Below are positions 16,788 through 26,978 of a stretch of DNA of 30,817 nucleotides, one piece after another. Position 1 is the stretch's first letter; every line of letters starts with the position of its first letter. The stretch comes from Chlamydiales bacterium (GTDB lineage: Bacteria > Chlamydiota > Chlamydiia > Chlamydiales > JBDQID01): positions 1 to 30,817 of the forward strand of contig JBLFWS010000022.1 in NCBI GenBank assembly GCA_047611865.1, in the 5' to 3' direction. The position numbers and the translations under genes are program-made. The notes below the pieces were generated by a model. That model had not been told where the DNA came from and did no database searches. It worked only from the letters and a program-made list of their open reading frames with translations.

Positions 16788-19055
16788 TTAGAGAGACGCA
16801 AAAGGGTTGTGACCAAATTTCTTCTCAGGCTTTGGAGCTTGCTTAGTCTTTTTATGCTTCATTTCAGGAGCCTTGGCTTCCTTACCCATTTTTGCTGTCA
16901 ATGAAATACGCTTTCTTTTTAGATCCACTTCCAGGACCTGAACTTTTATTTTATCTCCTACCTGAACAACTTCGTTGGGGTCTTTCACAAATGTATTGCT
17001 CAGTTGAGAGATATGTACCAATCCATCCTGATGAACTCCTACATCTACAAAGGCACCAAAAGCGGTAACATTGGTAACGATGCCTTCCAGAAGCATCCCT
17101 TGCTCCAAGTCTTCCGGAGAGTTAACATCATCACGAAAACTTGGCATCTCAAAACTTGCTCGAGGGTCTCTTCCCGGTTTTTTTAATTCGGCAATGATAT
17201 CCTTCAGGGTATGCTCCCCAAGAGAGTCTCCCAAATACTTATTTAGATCTAACTTGTCGATAACTGTTTCGTTGCCTATCAGATCAGAGAGTTCCATCCC
17301 TAAATCCTTAAGAATATTCTCAACAACTTTATACTGCTCCGGATGTACTGCTGACGAATCTAGTGGATTTTTACTCTCTCTTACCCGCAAAAATCCTGCC
17401 GACTGCTGGTAAGTTCTTTGCCCAAGGCCTGCAACCTTTAGAAGTTGCTCTCTAGTGCCAAAAGCTCCTTTATCTTCGCGGTGCTTTACGATTTTTTTAG
17501 CCACTGATGAGCCAATTCCCGCAACATATGAAAGTAATTCTGCACTTGCATTGTTAAGTTCTACGCCAACAAAGTTCACGCAACTCTCCACTACATCTTT
17601 TAGCTTTTGCTGGAGCAATGGTTGGTAAACATCATGCTGATACTGCCCGACACCAATAGATTTCGGATCTACCTTAACTAACTCCGAGAGAGGATCCTGA
17701 AGCCTTCTAGCTATTGATATAGCCCCTCTGATTGTCAGGTCGAGATTGGGGAATTCTTCCCGTGCAATATCAGAAGCACTGTAGACACTAGCACCTGATT
17801 CACTAACCGGAACAACAACGATATCCTTTAAATCAGAGTTCACCAGTATTCTTTTTACGAGAGCTTCGGTCTCTCTACCGCCTGTACCGTTACCAATCGC
17901 AATCGCAAAAGGTTTATGCCGCTTAACTAGATCAAGTAGAACATTAGCAACTTTTATCTCACCGGAAGCCCCCCCCCCAACGATGTAGAAAGTCTGAGTT
18001 TCCAAATATTTCCCTGTACTGTCGACAACAGCACATTTACAGCCCGAACGAAGCCCTGGGTCTATTCCAATAACCGATCTGCTACCTAAAGGTGAAGCCA
18101 ATAAAAGGTTACGGAGGTTTTGTGCAAAAATCTCTACGGCATCGCGGTCTGATTTCAGCTTTAAGTCAACCCGAGTGTCAGTCTCAACGCCTGGTAGAAT
18201 AAGCCTTTGAAAAGAATCACCTATTGCCAACTCTAACTGTTGGGCAAATGGAGAGGAAGGAACCAAGCGCATTTCATCGTAAATTTCTTTAATGTGTGCC
18301 TCGGGAAGGATCTCTATGTGAAAATCCAACACTCCTTCATTCTCTCCACGCCTTATTGCGAGGTAACGGTGAGAAGGAATCTTCTCTGCTTTTTCATGGA
18401 AATCGAAATAGTCTTTAAATTTGGAGGCTGACTCCTCCTTGCCTTTAGCCACTTTCGATACTACTACGCCCTCAGATGTAAAAACTTCACGAATCATTCC
18501 ACGAATTTCGGCATTCTCCGCAACGATTTCTGCAACAATATCTCTCGCCCCCTGCAAAGCAGCATTGGCATCCTCTACATTTTTTTCTGCATCTACATAA
18601 GCTTCAGCTTCTTTAAGAGGATCCCCAACACCTGGTTGCTCCAAAATACGAAGAGAGAGGGGTTCCAAACCTTTTTCCCTGGCGATCATCGCTTTAGTAC
18701 GACGCTTAGGCTTATAAGGGAGGTATAAGTCCTCTAGAGTATTTTTTATTTTGCAGGATATAATCTTTTCTTTTAGCTCATCTGTCAACTTCCCCTGCGA
18801 ATCAATAGACTTTATTATCGCCAGTTTTCGCTCTTCAAGCTCTTTGATGTAATTATATCGCTCTTCAATTAAGCGGATCTGCACTTCATCAAAATTACCT
18901 GTTGCTTCCTTACGATAACGCGCAATAAATGGAATGGTGTTTCCTTCTTCCAGAAGCAGGATTACGGCCATAATTCCAGATCGAGGGAGTTCCAGCTCTT
19001 CAATAAGCTGAGGTATTGGATCAAATTCGGTGGAAGTTTCACTTGTATTGCTCAT
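16788..19055 (-). CDS. tex: Tex-family transcriptional accessory protein
   Basis: EGNTIPFIARYRKEATG, EDLYLPYKPKRRT, GIDPG, DPKSIGVGQYQHD motifs and a C-terminal S1 domain (GAFVDVGVHQDGLVHISQL). Confidence 0.96.
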   Translation of the reverse strand: MSNTSETSTEFDPIPQLIEELELPRSGIMAVILLLEEGNTIPFIARYRKEATGNFDEVQIRLIEERYNYIKELEERKLAIIKSIDSQGKLTDELKEKIISCKIKNTLEDLYLPYKPKRRTKAMIAREKGLEPLSLRILEQPGVGDPLKEAEAYVDAEKNVEDANAALQGARDIVAEIVAENAEIRGMIREVFTSEGVVVSKVAKGKEESASKFKDYFDFHEKAEKIPSHRYLAIRRGENEGVLDFHIEILPEAHIKEIYDEMRLVPSSPFAQQLELAIGDSFQRLILPGVETDTRVDLKLKSDRDAVEIFAQNLRNLLLASPLGSRSVIGIDPGLRSGCKCAVVDSTGKYLETQTFYIVGGGASGEIKVANVLLDLVKRHKPFAIAIGNGTGGRETEALVKRILVNSDLKDIVVVPVSESGASVYSASDIAREEFPNLDLTIRGAISIARRLQDPLSELVKVDPKSIGVGQYQHDVYQPLLQQKLKDVVESCVNFVGVELNNASAELLSYVAGIGSSVAKKIVKHREDKGAFGTREQLLKVAGLGQRTYQQSAGFLRVRESKNPLDSSAVHPEQYKVVENILKDLGMELSDLIGNETVIDKLDLNKYLGDSLGEHTLKDIIAELKKPGRDPRASFEMPSFRDDVNSPEDLEQGMLLEGIVTNVTAFGAFVDVGVHQDGLVHISQLSNTFVKDPNEVVQVGDKIKVQVLEVDLKRKRISLTAKMGKEAKAPEMKHKKTKQAPKPEKKFGHNPFASL

Positions 19056-19154
19056 ATCATGCCTTAAATAATTTCTTATCGGAGAGTTTTGTAAGACTTA
19101 TCCCAACATCGACCATAAACTTGTATTTCTAGCCGATACTGCTATATGAATATG

Positions 19155-21659
19155 TTAAAATCCCAGTTCATCCAGTACCGCTTTTTCAACATACCTTTTC
19201 TGCCCCTTTGCCGGGTAACGGTGAAGATGCAGTGCAGGATTAAAATTTAACTCGATAGTAACGTGATTATTCGAGTCTGGCTTTCTAGTGATATCCTGTA
19301 TCATCATATCGACACCACAGAAAGTTGCGCTGGCAGCCTGCGCAGATTTTACAGCTATAGCACTGTATTCTTCTGCTACATCATCTGTCATGTCGTTTGG
19401 GTCCCCCCCCGTAGAGACATTGCTATTTTTACGGAGAAAAACTATCTGATCGACTTCTGGTACTGACTTAAAATCCATTCCCTGCTCTTCCAGAATCTGC
19501 CTTTCATCCTTTCCCGTTTGAATATAGTACTGAGGTTGCTTAGGATTTTCAGGGTTTTCATTCTTTAGCTTAATGAGTTTTCTAACAGAGCTTTTACCAT
19601 CGCCAACGACATGTGCTGCAACCCTTTGACAAATAGCTGCCACCTTCGTACCTACCACCAAAAAGCGGTATTCATTCCCCTCAAAGAACTCTTCCACAAT
19701 GATTTCCCCACCATGGGTAAAAGCCACTCGCACAGACTCCTCATAGTTTTTTTGGTCCTCTGAAGACACAAAACATACACCAATGCCGTAGTTTGTAAAA
19801 TTCGGTTTCACCACAACTTTCTGATTAATGAATTTTGGGTAATCGTCAATAGCTTGCTGAGCCTCTGTATAAACTCTCCCCGGAGGAACTTTTATCCCTT
19901 TCTCTTCCAGTAGATGTTTAGTGACAGCTTTGTTTTCCATGAGAAGATAACTCATATATGAATCTCTTGTAGTAAATGTCGCCTGCTTAATATATTCGCT
20001 ATGGCGGCCATTCTTCAAGATTATAAAGTTATCTTTTCGGTCCAGAATTTCTACCGAGAGCCCCCGACTGAGAGCTTCCCTGATAATCATTTGAGTCGAT
20101 AACTCCATATCTTCGTAGCCACGCAAGACATAGTCATCCTGGATTTCCAGAAATTTTTCATCTTCGATAGACTTTTCTCTTAGTTTCGTGAATTTTTTCA
20201 TTAGCTGTGGGCTTATCTCTTTCTGTAAAAAGGCCTCTTTATATTTCTCTGCAAGCTCCAAACCAAAGGTACGAAAACTTTTTTTGCCTCCTTCCATGGC
20301 TGCCAGGACTCTTGCTGACGGCATTAGCTCGGGACTATGGAGTTTTTTTGCTTTGGCAGAAAGGCTCTTCGAATATTTCTTATCGGAATGATTTTCATCT
20401 AAAAGTTTTGCTACTTCTTGCATCTCTTCCAAAATTTCTTCTGCCCACTCCGTCATAGCTACATTACCTTTACGGAAGCGATTCAATCGAAGTTTGGGTT
20501 TTCTACCGTACAGAGCTACTTCATTCTGATTGGTAGTAATCAACTCTTCTTCTGCTTTCGAGATCGGCGGACTTTCCTTCAGCATACAATACACCATAAA
20601 GGTATGGAGAAAAAGAAGATGGTCCACGCCAATCCCGCCCCTGACAAAGGGGTTAATATCTACCGACCTCATTTCTACATAAACGATTCCAAGATCTCGT
20701 AAAAGATCTCGGGTGGTCAACCCTACTTGAAAACCTGCCTTTGGTCGAATACGGGAGTAGTGCTCGGCCTCATTCTGGAGAAAATTTTTATTAAGTTGAA
20801 GCTGCTGACCATCACGAAACAAACCTAATTTTTCAAATTGCGGACATGGGGTCGTCACAAGCTTCGTCAAATCTTTGATGTAACTGTCAACATCGCTATA
20901 GGATACAGAAATCTGAGCCTGAACTTTACTGTAATATCCCAAGTCACTCATTCGGATAGAGGTCGCATATTCACCGAAATAACTATTTTCATCCCACTCT
21001 GCCAGTGGGCCAGGTGATTTTGGCAAATATGTCTTGTCAACAACAGGAGTCGCTCCAAATAGATAAGTGTTTAACCAGCCTATTCGAAGAAAATTGCGTA
21101 TAAGTTTCAAGTAGGTCGCAGAAGCGAAGTCCTTTGCAGAGCTCTCAGGACTATATTCTTGTCGTAGAAATTCGAGAAATTCCTTAGCAAAGGAAAAGTT
21201 GTAATGAATTCCCGACATCGTTTGCATAATTCGGCCGTAACGATGACCCAAGCCTCTTCGATAGATTTTTTTTTCTATGCCCACATTTGAATTCCCAAAA
21301 TCGGCAAGGGGAATTTCATCACTTTTAGGTAACAAACATGGAGCGCTACAGGGCCATAATAACTCATCACCAATACCCTGATACAAGAAAAGGTGCACAT
21401 CCTGAAGAAATTTATATGCCGTCTCTTCTCGTTCAAAGTAAGGAGTAATCAGTTCAGGCTGAGCTTCAGAATAGTCAGTGCTGATATAGGGGTGCGTTAG
21501 CTTCTCCCCCCATTCTGTAGGATGAGGTTTTCGAGAGAGTCTACCGTCTGAATCAGCTCTTAAACACTCTTTTTCTAAACCGTGCCCAGACTTCTTAAGA
21601 AACTTATATGCACCGCTATCCCGACACACTCGCGTAATATCCTGAAAGTTCCAATCCAT
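19155..21659 (-). CDS. gshAB: Bifunctional glutamate-cysteine ligase / glutathione synthetase
   Basis: N-terminal GshA domain (GLEKECLR, HPYISTDYSEAQPELITP, MQTMSGIHYNFS, ATSIRMSDLGY) fused through GYEDMELSTQ to an ATP-grasp domain (VVKP, EYRFLV, NSNVSTGGD, IELNFNP). Confidence 0.92.
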   Translation of the reverse strand: MDWNFQDITRVCRDSGAYKFLKKSGHGLEKECLRADSDGRLSRKPHPTEWGEKLTHPYISTDYSEAQPELITPYFEREETAYKFLQDVHLFLYQGIGDELLWPCSAPCLLPKSDEIPLADFGNSNVGIEKKIYRRGLGHRYGRIMQTMSGIHYNFSFAKEFLEFLRQEYSPESSAKDFASATYLKLIRNFLRIGWLNTYLFGATPVVDKTYLPKSPGPLAEWDENSYFGEYATSIRMSDLGYYSKVQAQISVSYSDVDSYIKDLTKLVTTPCPQFEKLGLFRDGQQLQLNKNFLQNEAEHYSRIRPKAGFQVGLTTRDLLRDLGIVYVEMRSVDINPFVRGGIGVDHLLFLHTFMVYCMLKESPPISKAEEELITTNQNEVALYGRKPKLRLNRFRKGNVAMTEWAEEILEEMQEVAKLLDENHSDKKYSKSLSAKAKKLHSPELMPSARVLAAMEGGKKSFRTFGLELAEKYKEAFLQKEISPQLMKKFTKLREKSIEDEKFLEIQDDYVLRGYEDMELSTQMIIREALSRGLSVEILDRKDNFIILKNGRHSEYIKQATFTTRDSYMSYLLMENKAVTKHLLEEKGIKVPPGRVYTEAQQAIDDYPKFINQKVVVKPNFTNYGIGVCFVSSEDQKNYEESVRVAFTHGGEIIVEEFFEGNEYRFLVVGTKVAAICQRVAAHVVGDGKSSVRKLIKLKNENPENPKQPQYYIQTGKDERQILEEQGMDFKSVPEVDQIVFLRKNSNVSTGGDPNDMTDDVAEEYSAIAVKSAQAASATFCGVDMMIQDITRKPDSNNHVTIELNFNPALHLHRYPAKGQKRYVEKAVLDELGF

Positions 21660-21669
21660 TTACTCGCCA

Positions 21670-22740
21670 TTATTTCCTTCGCTTCAAAAGCATCACATCA
21701 GAGATAAAATTCCTATATACTAAGCCAAAAGCTTTTGCATCAGTGGCAACCAAGGAAAATTTGTTAAAATAACGGAGATAATCTTCACGGAGAATGTTTT
21801 TCTTCACTCCTAGCTCATCTTCCGAAGTAACAGGTCTTTTACCAATCCTACTATTTTTTAAAAGAATGTAGTCTGTAACGAGTTCGTCAATATAGTGAGA
21901 GTAATTTTCCAACACTTCTGGTTCCATTTCCTGAAAGGAACTAGCATTAACAAAAAGTTCAAATTTACCCTTCACTTTAGGAAGTTGCCAGGGGCATATG
22001 ACTGCTGCACGATATTTTTTTCTCAACTCATCAACATCTATGACTTCCATGTTCCGAGTCTCGGAGTATCCTGCAATAGCTTCTTCCCCAAAAACCTTTT
22101 TCAGATATGAAGCCGAAACGTATGCCAGAGGAGGGATATCTATGTCGAGGAAGAAATATTTATCTGGGTTGGATTTGAGTAATATTTCCCCAAGGGTACC
22201 GTATCCTCCTCCAATTTCCATGATATTAGAAATATTCTCTGTATCTACATGTTTCTTAAGAAAAGCTAATTTTTTTAAGTAACTAAGGAGAGAGACACTG
22301 TATATCTTATTATCGATGACAAGACTTTCAATGGGCTGACCGTAAAGATCTTCGCCAATATTAGTGAGCTTTGGAGCTTTACCCTCAATGTCAGCTGCGC
22401 TAAAAACACGGTAATCCGCGTCCGATCTGGCGATACCGTCCATGTATTCCTTCATCGCCACTTCAATATGCATCTGTAAAGGAGCTACTGTTTCACATAT
22501 CTTATCATAGACGCTTCTTTGAAAGAGGTAGGGATCGAGAGCATACCTTTGCACGTAATACGACAAAGCACTTTTGTGAGATTTAAAATTATCCATGCCA
22601 AAGCTATCTAAGTCATCAATAATTTCTTTCATACATATTGACCAAAACTGAGTGGGCTGAAACATGGGATCTGCTTCTAGCATATCATCTAACATCAACT
22701 GCAATTCCGGAATACTCGTGGACAACTCTTGAACTGCCAT
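21670..22740 (-). CDS. Putative sugar O-methyltransferase (SAM-dependent)
   Basis: QPTQFW, IMEIGGGYGTLG, DIPP and FVNASSFQEMEP motifs. Ends 10 nt upstream of gshAB. Confidence 0.8.
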   Translation of the reverse strand: MAVQELSTSIPELQLMLDDMLEADPMFQPTQFWSICMKEIIDDLDSFGMDNFKSHKSALSYYVQRYALDPYLFQRSVYDKICETVAPLQMHIEVAMKEYMDGIARSDADYRVFSAADIEGKAPKLTNIGEDLYGQPIESLVIDNKIYSVSLLSYLKKLAFLKKHVDTENISNIMEIGGGYGTLGEILLKSNPDKYFFLDIDIPPLAYVSASYLKKVFGEEAIAGYSETRNMEVIDVDELRKKYRAAVICPWQLPKVKGKFELFVNASSFQEMEPEVLENYSHYIDELVTDYILLKNSRIGKRPVTSEDELGVKKNILREDYLRYFNKFSLVATDAKAFGLVYRNFISDVMLLKRRK

Positions 22741-23078
22741 AATTTCTCCTCTGTTAGCAACTCTTCGTTATCAAAGTTTTAAAGATTATTTCCTTTTTTA
22801 TCAATTTTACAAAAATTCCTGCTTCGTTATTCTTTACTACCAAATTAAATTTGGGTAAAAACATGACACGAATAAACAAGAAATAATTCAATATAGTTGG
22901 ATCTAATCTGATGGAAGTCGCTCCCACCTTTGCCTTTAGATATTCATCTATCGGCCTCGGAAATCACTTCAGACAACAGCGCACCTGACTTTAGTACAAA
23001 TTAAAAGTATGCTTGGGGATAAGTTCTCTTTATCTAGTCCCTTCCTGATAAAATCCATAAATAGAGGGTTCGTTGAGT

Positions 23079-23103
23079 TGGCAGGATAGAATCTATCCTG
23101 CCA
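23079..23103. repeat. Perfect palindrome (terminator or REP-like)
   Basis: tggcaggataga-a-tctatcctgcca, 15 nt after the stop of the 23119 gene. Begins GTGG on the minus strand. Confidence 0.6.
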
Positions 23104-23118
23104 CGAAAGATTAAACCT

Positions 23119-24255
23119 TTAGACTTTTTCATTCTTCATTTTTTCAAGAAACTCAAGGGCATTCGATTCGTTATATTCGTCATTACCAATAACCGATTTA
23201 TAAGTAACCTGTGATAAATCCACACCTTTCGATTGTAAATACTCTAATGCAAAAGCTGCAGAACGATCATCTGGTAGGTAATGGCCACTTTCATTACTTA
23301 TAGACGTAAGGAATCCATTTTCATCAGTTTCCATACCACCAGCAAAGCAAACATCCTTTCCACAATCAAAGCTTGAGTGATGAAAATGAGGGGCGTTAAT
23401 CCCGCGAAGTATATCACCGTGACAATACATTTTATGCTTCTTGCTAAGAATAAAAATCATCGGACCATTTAGATCCTCATCTAAACGCCTGGTTTCTGGG
23501 TCTCTATGAAAATCTTTGCTAAGAGGTTTTCCTTTCCAAATCAGTTGTGTTCGTCCCTCTGCTCCTTCAAAAGAAACCTCTAGTTCATCACGTGAAGATC
23601 TAGCAAGATACTGAACTTTATCTGTTGAGGGGACGGCAGGTACCATTGAAGAAAAAAACTCCGCAAAAGCTTGTTTATTTTCAATTTTACTGTCTTTCGT
23701 TTCTTCAATATAGCTTTCTCTTACCGATGATAGAGCTTTAGGGCCAGGATGCTGTCTCAAAAAAGCTTCCGGCCTATAGTTTTCAACTAATGAACAAGCT
23801 CGTGGTGAAAATTCTACCCATGGTCTAGGCCCAGAGATCTTAGATTCAGGAGAGTCTGCATACTCTACTAGGAATCTACTCCCTCTAGGAGGTGTAGAGG
23901 GTGATGCTATACTATTTCCTCTAGGAGGTGTAGAGGAGGCTGCAAAACTCCTCACAGGTGATCTAGATTCTGAACGGTCACCCCCCCCCCGTGCCCCTTG
24001 TGATTTGCGTTTGCGTTTGTCGCGAGAAGGTGATCTATCAGGAGAGTCTTCTAGATCAGAAAAAGCTCTGCTACTGATAATACCCATTCTATCTCGAGTT
24101 TCACTTGGAGATGAAGCAGAAGCAGTAGAATCGCCAAAAAGTCTCGATGAGAATCCATTTAATCTAGCTGAATTATCAACTGAAGCTGAGTCGGAAGGAC
24201 TGTCAAAAAGCCTATTGGTAAATAAACTGCCTGTTGGTGTTACTGAACCGGTCAT
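23119..24255 (-). CDS. Effector-like protein: Ser/Arg/Pro-rich N-terminus plus a C-terminal HHSS...AG...NxSGHYxP domain
   Basis: Likely start ATG 24255 (GGAGA RBS). Low-complexity N-terminus with STPPRG twice. C-terminal FHHSSFDCGKDVCFAGGMETDENGFLTSISNESGHYLP. Confidence 0.75.
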   Translation of the reverse strand: MTGSVTPTGSLFTNRLFDSPSDSASVDNSARLNGFSSRLFGDSTASASSPSETRDRMGIISSRAFSDLEDSPDRSPSRDKRKRKSQGARGGGDRSESRSPVRSFAASSTPPRGNSIASPSTPPRGSRFLVEYADSPESKISGPRPWVEFSPRACSLVENYRPEAFLRQHPGPKALSSVRESYIEETKDSKIENKQAFAEFFSSMVPAVPSTDKVQYLARSSRDELEVSFEGAEGRTQLIWKGKPLSKDFHRDPETRRLDEDLNGPMIFILSKKHKMYCHGDILRGINAPHFHHSSFDCGKDVCFAGGMETDENGFLTSISNESGHYLPDDRSAAFALEYLQSKGVDLSQVTYKSVIGNDEYNESNALEFLEKMKNEKV

Positions 24256-24426
24256 TACTTTCTCTCCTATTATCATTACTATTATGTATTTCAATTATTA
24301 TACCTTACAAAAGGTTAGATACCTTAAACTATTCATTAAGTTAATGTAAAGAGATAAATTTATTTTTACACAAGTCATGTCTTAGACTATCTTTTCCCCT
24401 CTGAACAAATAAAAAACGAAGCTATG

Positions 24427-24516
24427 GGAGTCGGATTGCGACCATTTTAGCGATTATTTTCACCTTTTGTGTCATAAAAGCTGAACAAGGATCCCCACGT
24501 ATAGGCTAAAAGAATT
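24427..24516 (+). pseudogene. Degenerate fragment of the mscS 5' coding region
   Basis: Aligns with substitutions and indels to 28293-28380 (gtcgg.ttgcgaccatttt...gtgtc.taaaagctg...aaggatccc). Confidence 0.7.
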
Positions 24517-24628
24517 GGTCTTAATAGGGGAAAGAAAAACCTCTGAAAACTCAAATGTCCAAATGTCAAGACCCCGTTTTATCTATGCGTAATAAGCAGG
24601 ATCTTAGTTCGACTTTCTTAAGAGTTTA

Positions 24629-24973
24629 TTAGGGGGACATGTCAGCTTTAGTCTTTTTCTCAAGCTCGGTTTTTATTGTAGACTTAACCTCTTGCTTAGG
24701 CTCTACTCCAGCCTTAGGTTCAACAAACCCATCAAACACCCAAATAATCTGATCAAAACTAGATTTGATGAATGCACCTATTAACCATCCTGCAGCACAG
24801 CTTAATGTCACATATATAATTAAAATTAAACAGCTTTGATATGAGGGAGTTACCCAAACCCAAGCCTGATTAGATTTATAGAATATTTCGACTGTACTTA
24901 GGTACAAAAATAACAAGGCTGCTACCCGACCTATCACTACCGAAACTCGATTGAACCCTTCTCGGAAATTCAT
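24629..24973 (-). CDS. Small membrane protein (2 TM segments)
   Basis: Likely start MNFREGFNRV (GGAGAG upstream). Two hydrophobic segments, WVFDGF, then a charged tail. Confidence 0.7.
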   Translation of the reverse strand: MNFREGFNRVSVVIGRVAALLFLYLSTVEIFYKSNQAWVWVTPSYQSCLILIIYVTLSCAAGWLIGAFIKSSFDQIIWVFDGFVEPKAGVEPKQEVKSTIKTELEKKTKADMSP

Positions 24974-25416
24974 AGTTCTCTCCATGATTGAATAATGATT
25001 CTAAACATTCATCACATGTGGGCTCTATAGTAGGGGCCTCTGTATTTGAAGCTGTATTAGACCAATGTTCATTTTTGCCTCTAAAATATAAATTACTAAC
25101 ACTGTATATATCGGCTTTTTGGGGCTTGACTTGAAGGGAAATAAACAAAAAAGGTTAGATGTCGAATTTTCTGATTGAAAAAGGTCATAGGACATTTGTC
25201 AAATAGTGAAAAGATCAAACACCCCATACGCACTTGGTCTGGCTACTTCTTTCATTATTCCTGAAATCTACATAATCTAATGTAAGACTAATCAAGATGA
25301 TTACTTTTTTAATCCACATAAATATTTACCCTTAAAACGCCAAAGTAATTCATTTTAAATAGTTTAAGTAGTACCATTGTAATGCATCTAATTATTTTCT
25401 ATTTAGGATATGTTAT

Positions 25417-26157
25417 ATGACGGTTGAATCTTACCGGCAATTACCAGTTATTTCATTTAATTTGAATAAAACGCCTGTGTTTGAGCGTGTTCTGCTTAAA
25501 ATTCCCAAGTGTCAGCAAATAGCTCTAAGCAAATTAAACGAGATGTCAAAATTTCATCCTATTGTAAACTCGCTAATAGATTCTTCTCCCAAACTTACTT
25601 TTACTCAATGTCGATTTGCATTGGAGACGACACTGGCGCTGTCAATCATTGATGAAAACATAGAAAAAATTTCCAAGATTGCTAGCGAGCAAGAGCGGGT
25701 TTTGGAAATATCTAGGCTAACGGGGCTAAGAGCAGAAGAGTGCTTTTCTGAAGCTGACACTCAAGAGGGCGTGTGTCGGGTACTTGGTGCGAGAGTAGCT
25801 CAATTCATTGAGGCATTTCAAATAGATTGGGGCTGTGGAAACACAAAAACTTTTTTTTCAGAAGCCTTTGCTGGTGACCCGTGCCTGAATGGGAGGCTTA
25901 TAAAATTGACAGACTATATCGTAGAGAGTCACCTTTTGGTGAATCGATCTGAGGTTTCACAAAAAAAAGAGTACGATTCCTTAGCCTATAAATATACCGA
26001 GTTGTTGTACGAATGCTCTGACGACGAAGTTTCTGACCGAAAAACGTTTACACATTTTTTAAAACAATTAAAAAATTACGAAGAAGAGCATCGCTCAACT
26101 GTTGAATCAAGTGACTTTATCACGATTTATAACAGGGCTGTAGAATTCTATGTCTGA
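25417..26157 (+). CDS. Hypothetical protein with FF-x5-GDxC-xxG motif
   Basis: 246-aa ORF with AGGA RBS. Shares a motif block with the 26979 protein. Confidence 0.75.
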   Translation: MTVESYRQLPVISFNLNKTPVFERVLLKIPKCQQIALSKLNEMSKFHPIVNSLIDSSPKLTFTQCRFALETTLALSIIDENIEKISKIASEQERVLEISRLTGLRAEECFSEADTQEGVCRVLGARVAQFIEAFQIDWGCGNTKTFFSEAFAGDPCLNGRLIKLTDYIVESHLLVNRSEVSQKKEYDSLAYKYTELLYECSDDEVSDRKTFTHFLKQLKNYEEEHRSTVESSDFITIYNRAVEFYV

Positions 26158-26175
26158 TTTTTTTGGGGGTAATTT

Positions 26176-26706
26176 ATGAGTAGTGCTTCCACCGACATTT
26201 TAAGTAATATCGATATTGTAAGTTGTTGTATTGCTCCTTTTTTAGTCAGTGAAAATTTTAGCTCGGATAATATGAATAGTTATTATATTTCTCAGCGTAA
26301 CGATCTTTTGAGGGTGGCATTGACCTCAAAGGCTTTCTACATTTCTATAAGACCATCTCTTGATAAAATAAAAAAAACGTATCACGACAATATAAAGATA
26401 ATGTGGGAATTGAAAGAGAGATATGAAGGGAGTCGTCTTTCTTTAATGCATTCGGTTTTATTGTTGGATGATGTGAGTACCTTGAAGGTATTTCTAGCTA
26501 ATTGCTCTAGTATCAATGCCTCAGATAAAAGAGGGAGAACAATTTTACATATCGCTGCTCTGCTAGGCTTGCAAAAGAGCGTAAAAATTATTGCGTCCTA
26601 TCCAGGTGTAGATTTTTCTAAAAGAACAAATTTTGGAAAAACGGCAAAGGAACTAGCAAAAAATGAACTTGTGGCTTCTTTGATTCCAACGCTACTTCCA
26701 GAATAA
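26176..26706 (+). CDS. Ankyrin-repeat protein with possible N-terminal F-box-like motif
   Basis: INASDKRGRTILHIAALLG...GKTAKELA ankyrin repeats. N-terminal DIVSCCIAPFL...DLLRVALTSKAFY. Confidence 0.8.
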   Translation: MSSASTDILSNIDIVSCCIAPFLVSENFSSDNMNSYYISQRNDLLRVALTSKAFYISIRPSLDKIKKTYHDNIKIMWELKERYEGSRLSLMHSVLLLDDVSTLKVFLANCSSINASDKRGRTILHIAALLGLQKSVKIIASYPGVDFSKRTNFGKTAKELAKNELVASLIPTLLPE

Positions 26707-26978
26707 AATGTCCAGATTTTTTCTAAGCCTCACATATTCTTTTTATATTGGTATTTGTAGTAAATAACCTAATAGAGAATAAATTTCATATTATTTAAGT
26801 TTTTTCATGTTCATTCCCCGTTGAACAATATCGATATATTCGATTGGTTTTTCCTGTAAAAAATATATACGTTTAGTTGTGCTTGCTATTAGCCGATAAC
26901 TTAATAACTTCGTTTGGTAACTCCAAAATTCAGAACAAGGTCTTGCTTGGTAAATGCTTCAATATAGGGAGAATAGCG

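Noticed and set aside
22908..22960. Hammerhead ribozyme (ctgatg...gaaa)
   Set aside because: The core reads CUGAUGG rather than CUGANGA, and the required stems are not in place.
24876..25148. 90-aa minus-strand ORF overlapping the membrane-protein gene
   Set aside because: Weak TTG start, no recognisable domain and a long out-of-frame overlap. At most a gene remnant.
25265..25292. dif/Xer-like site (catAA...gtaagactaat)
   Set aside because: Only about 6/11 match to the XerD arm, and that arm is absent in the second copy of the block at 28014-28041.
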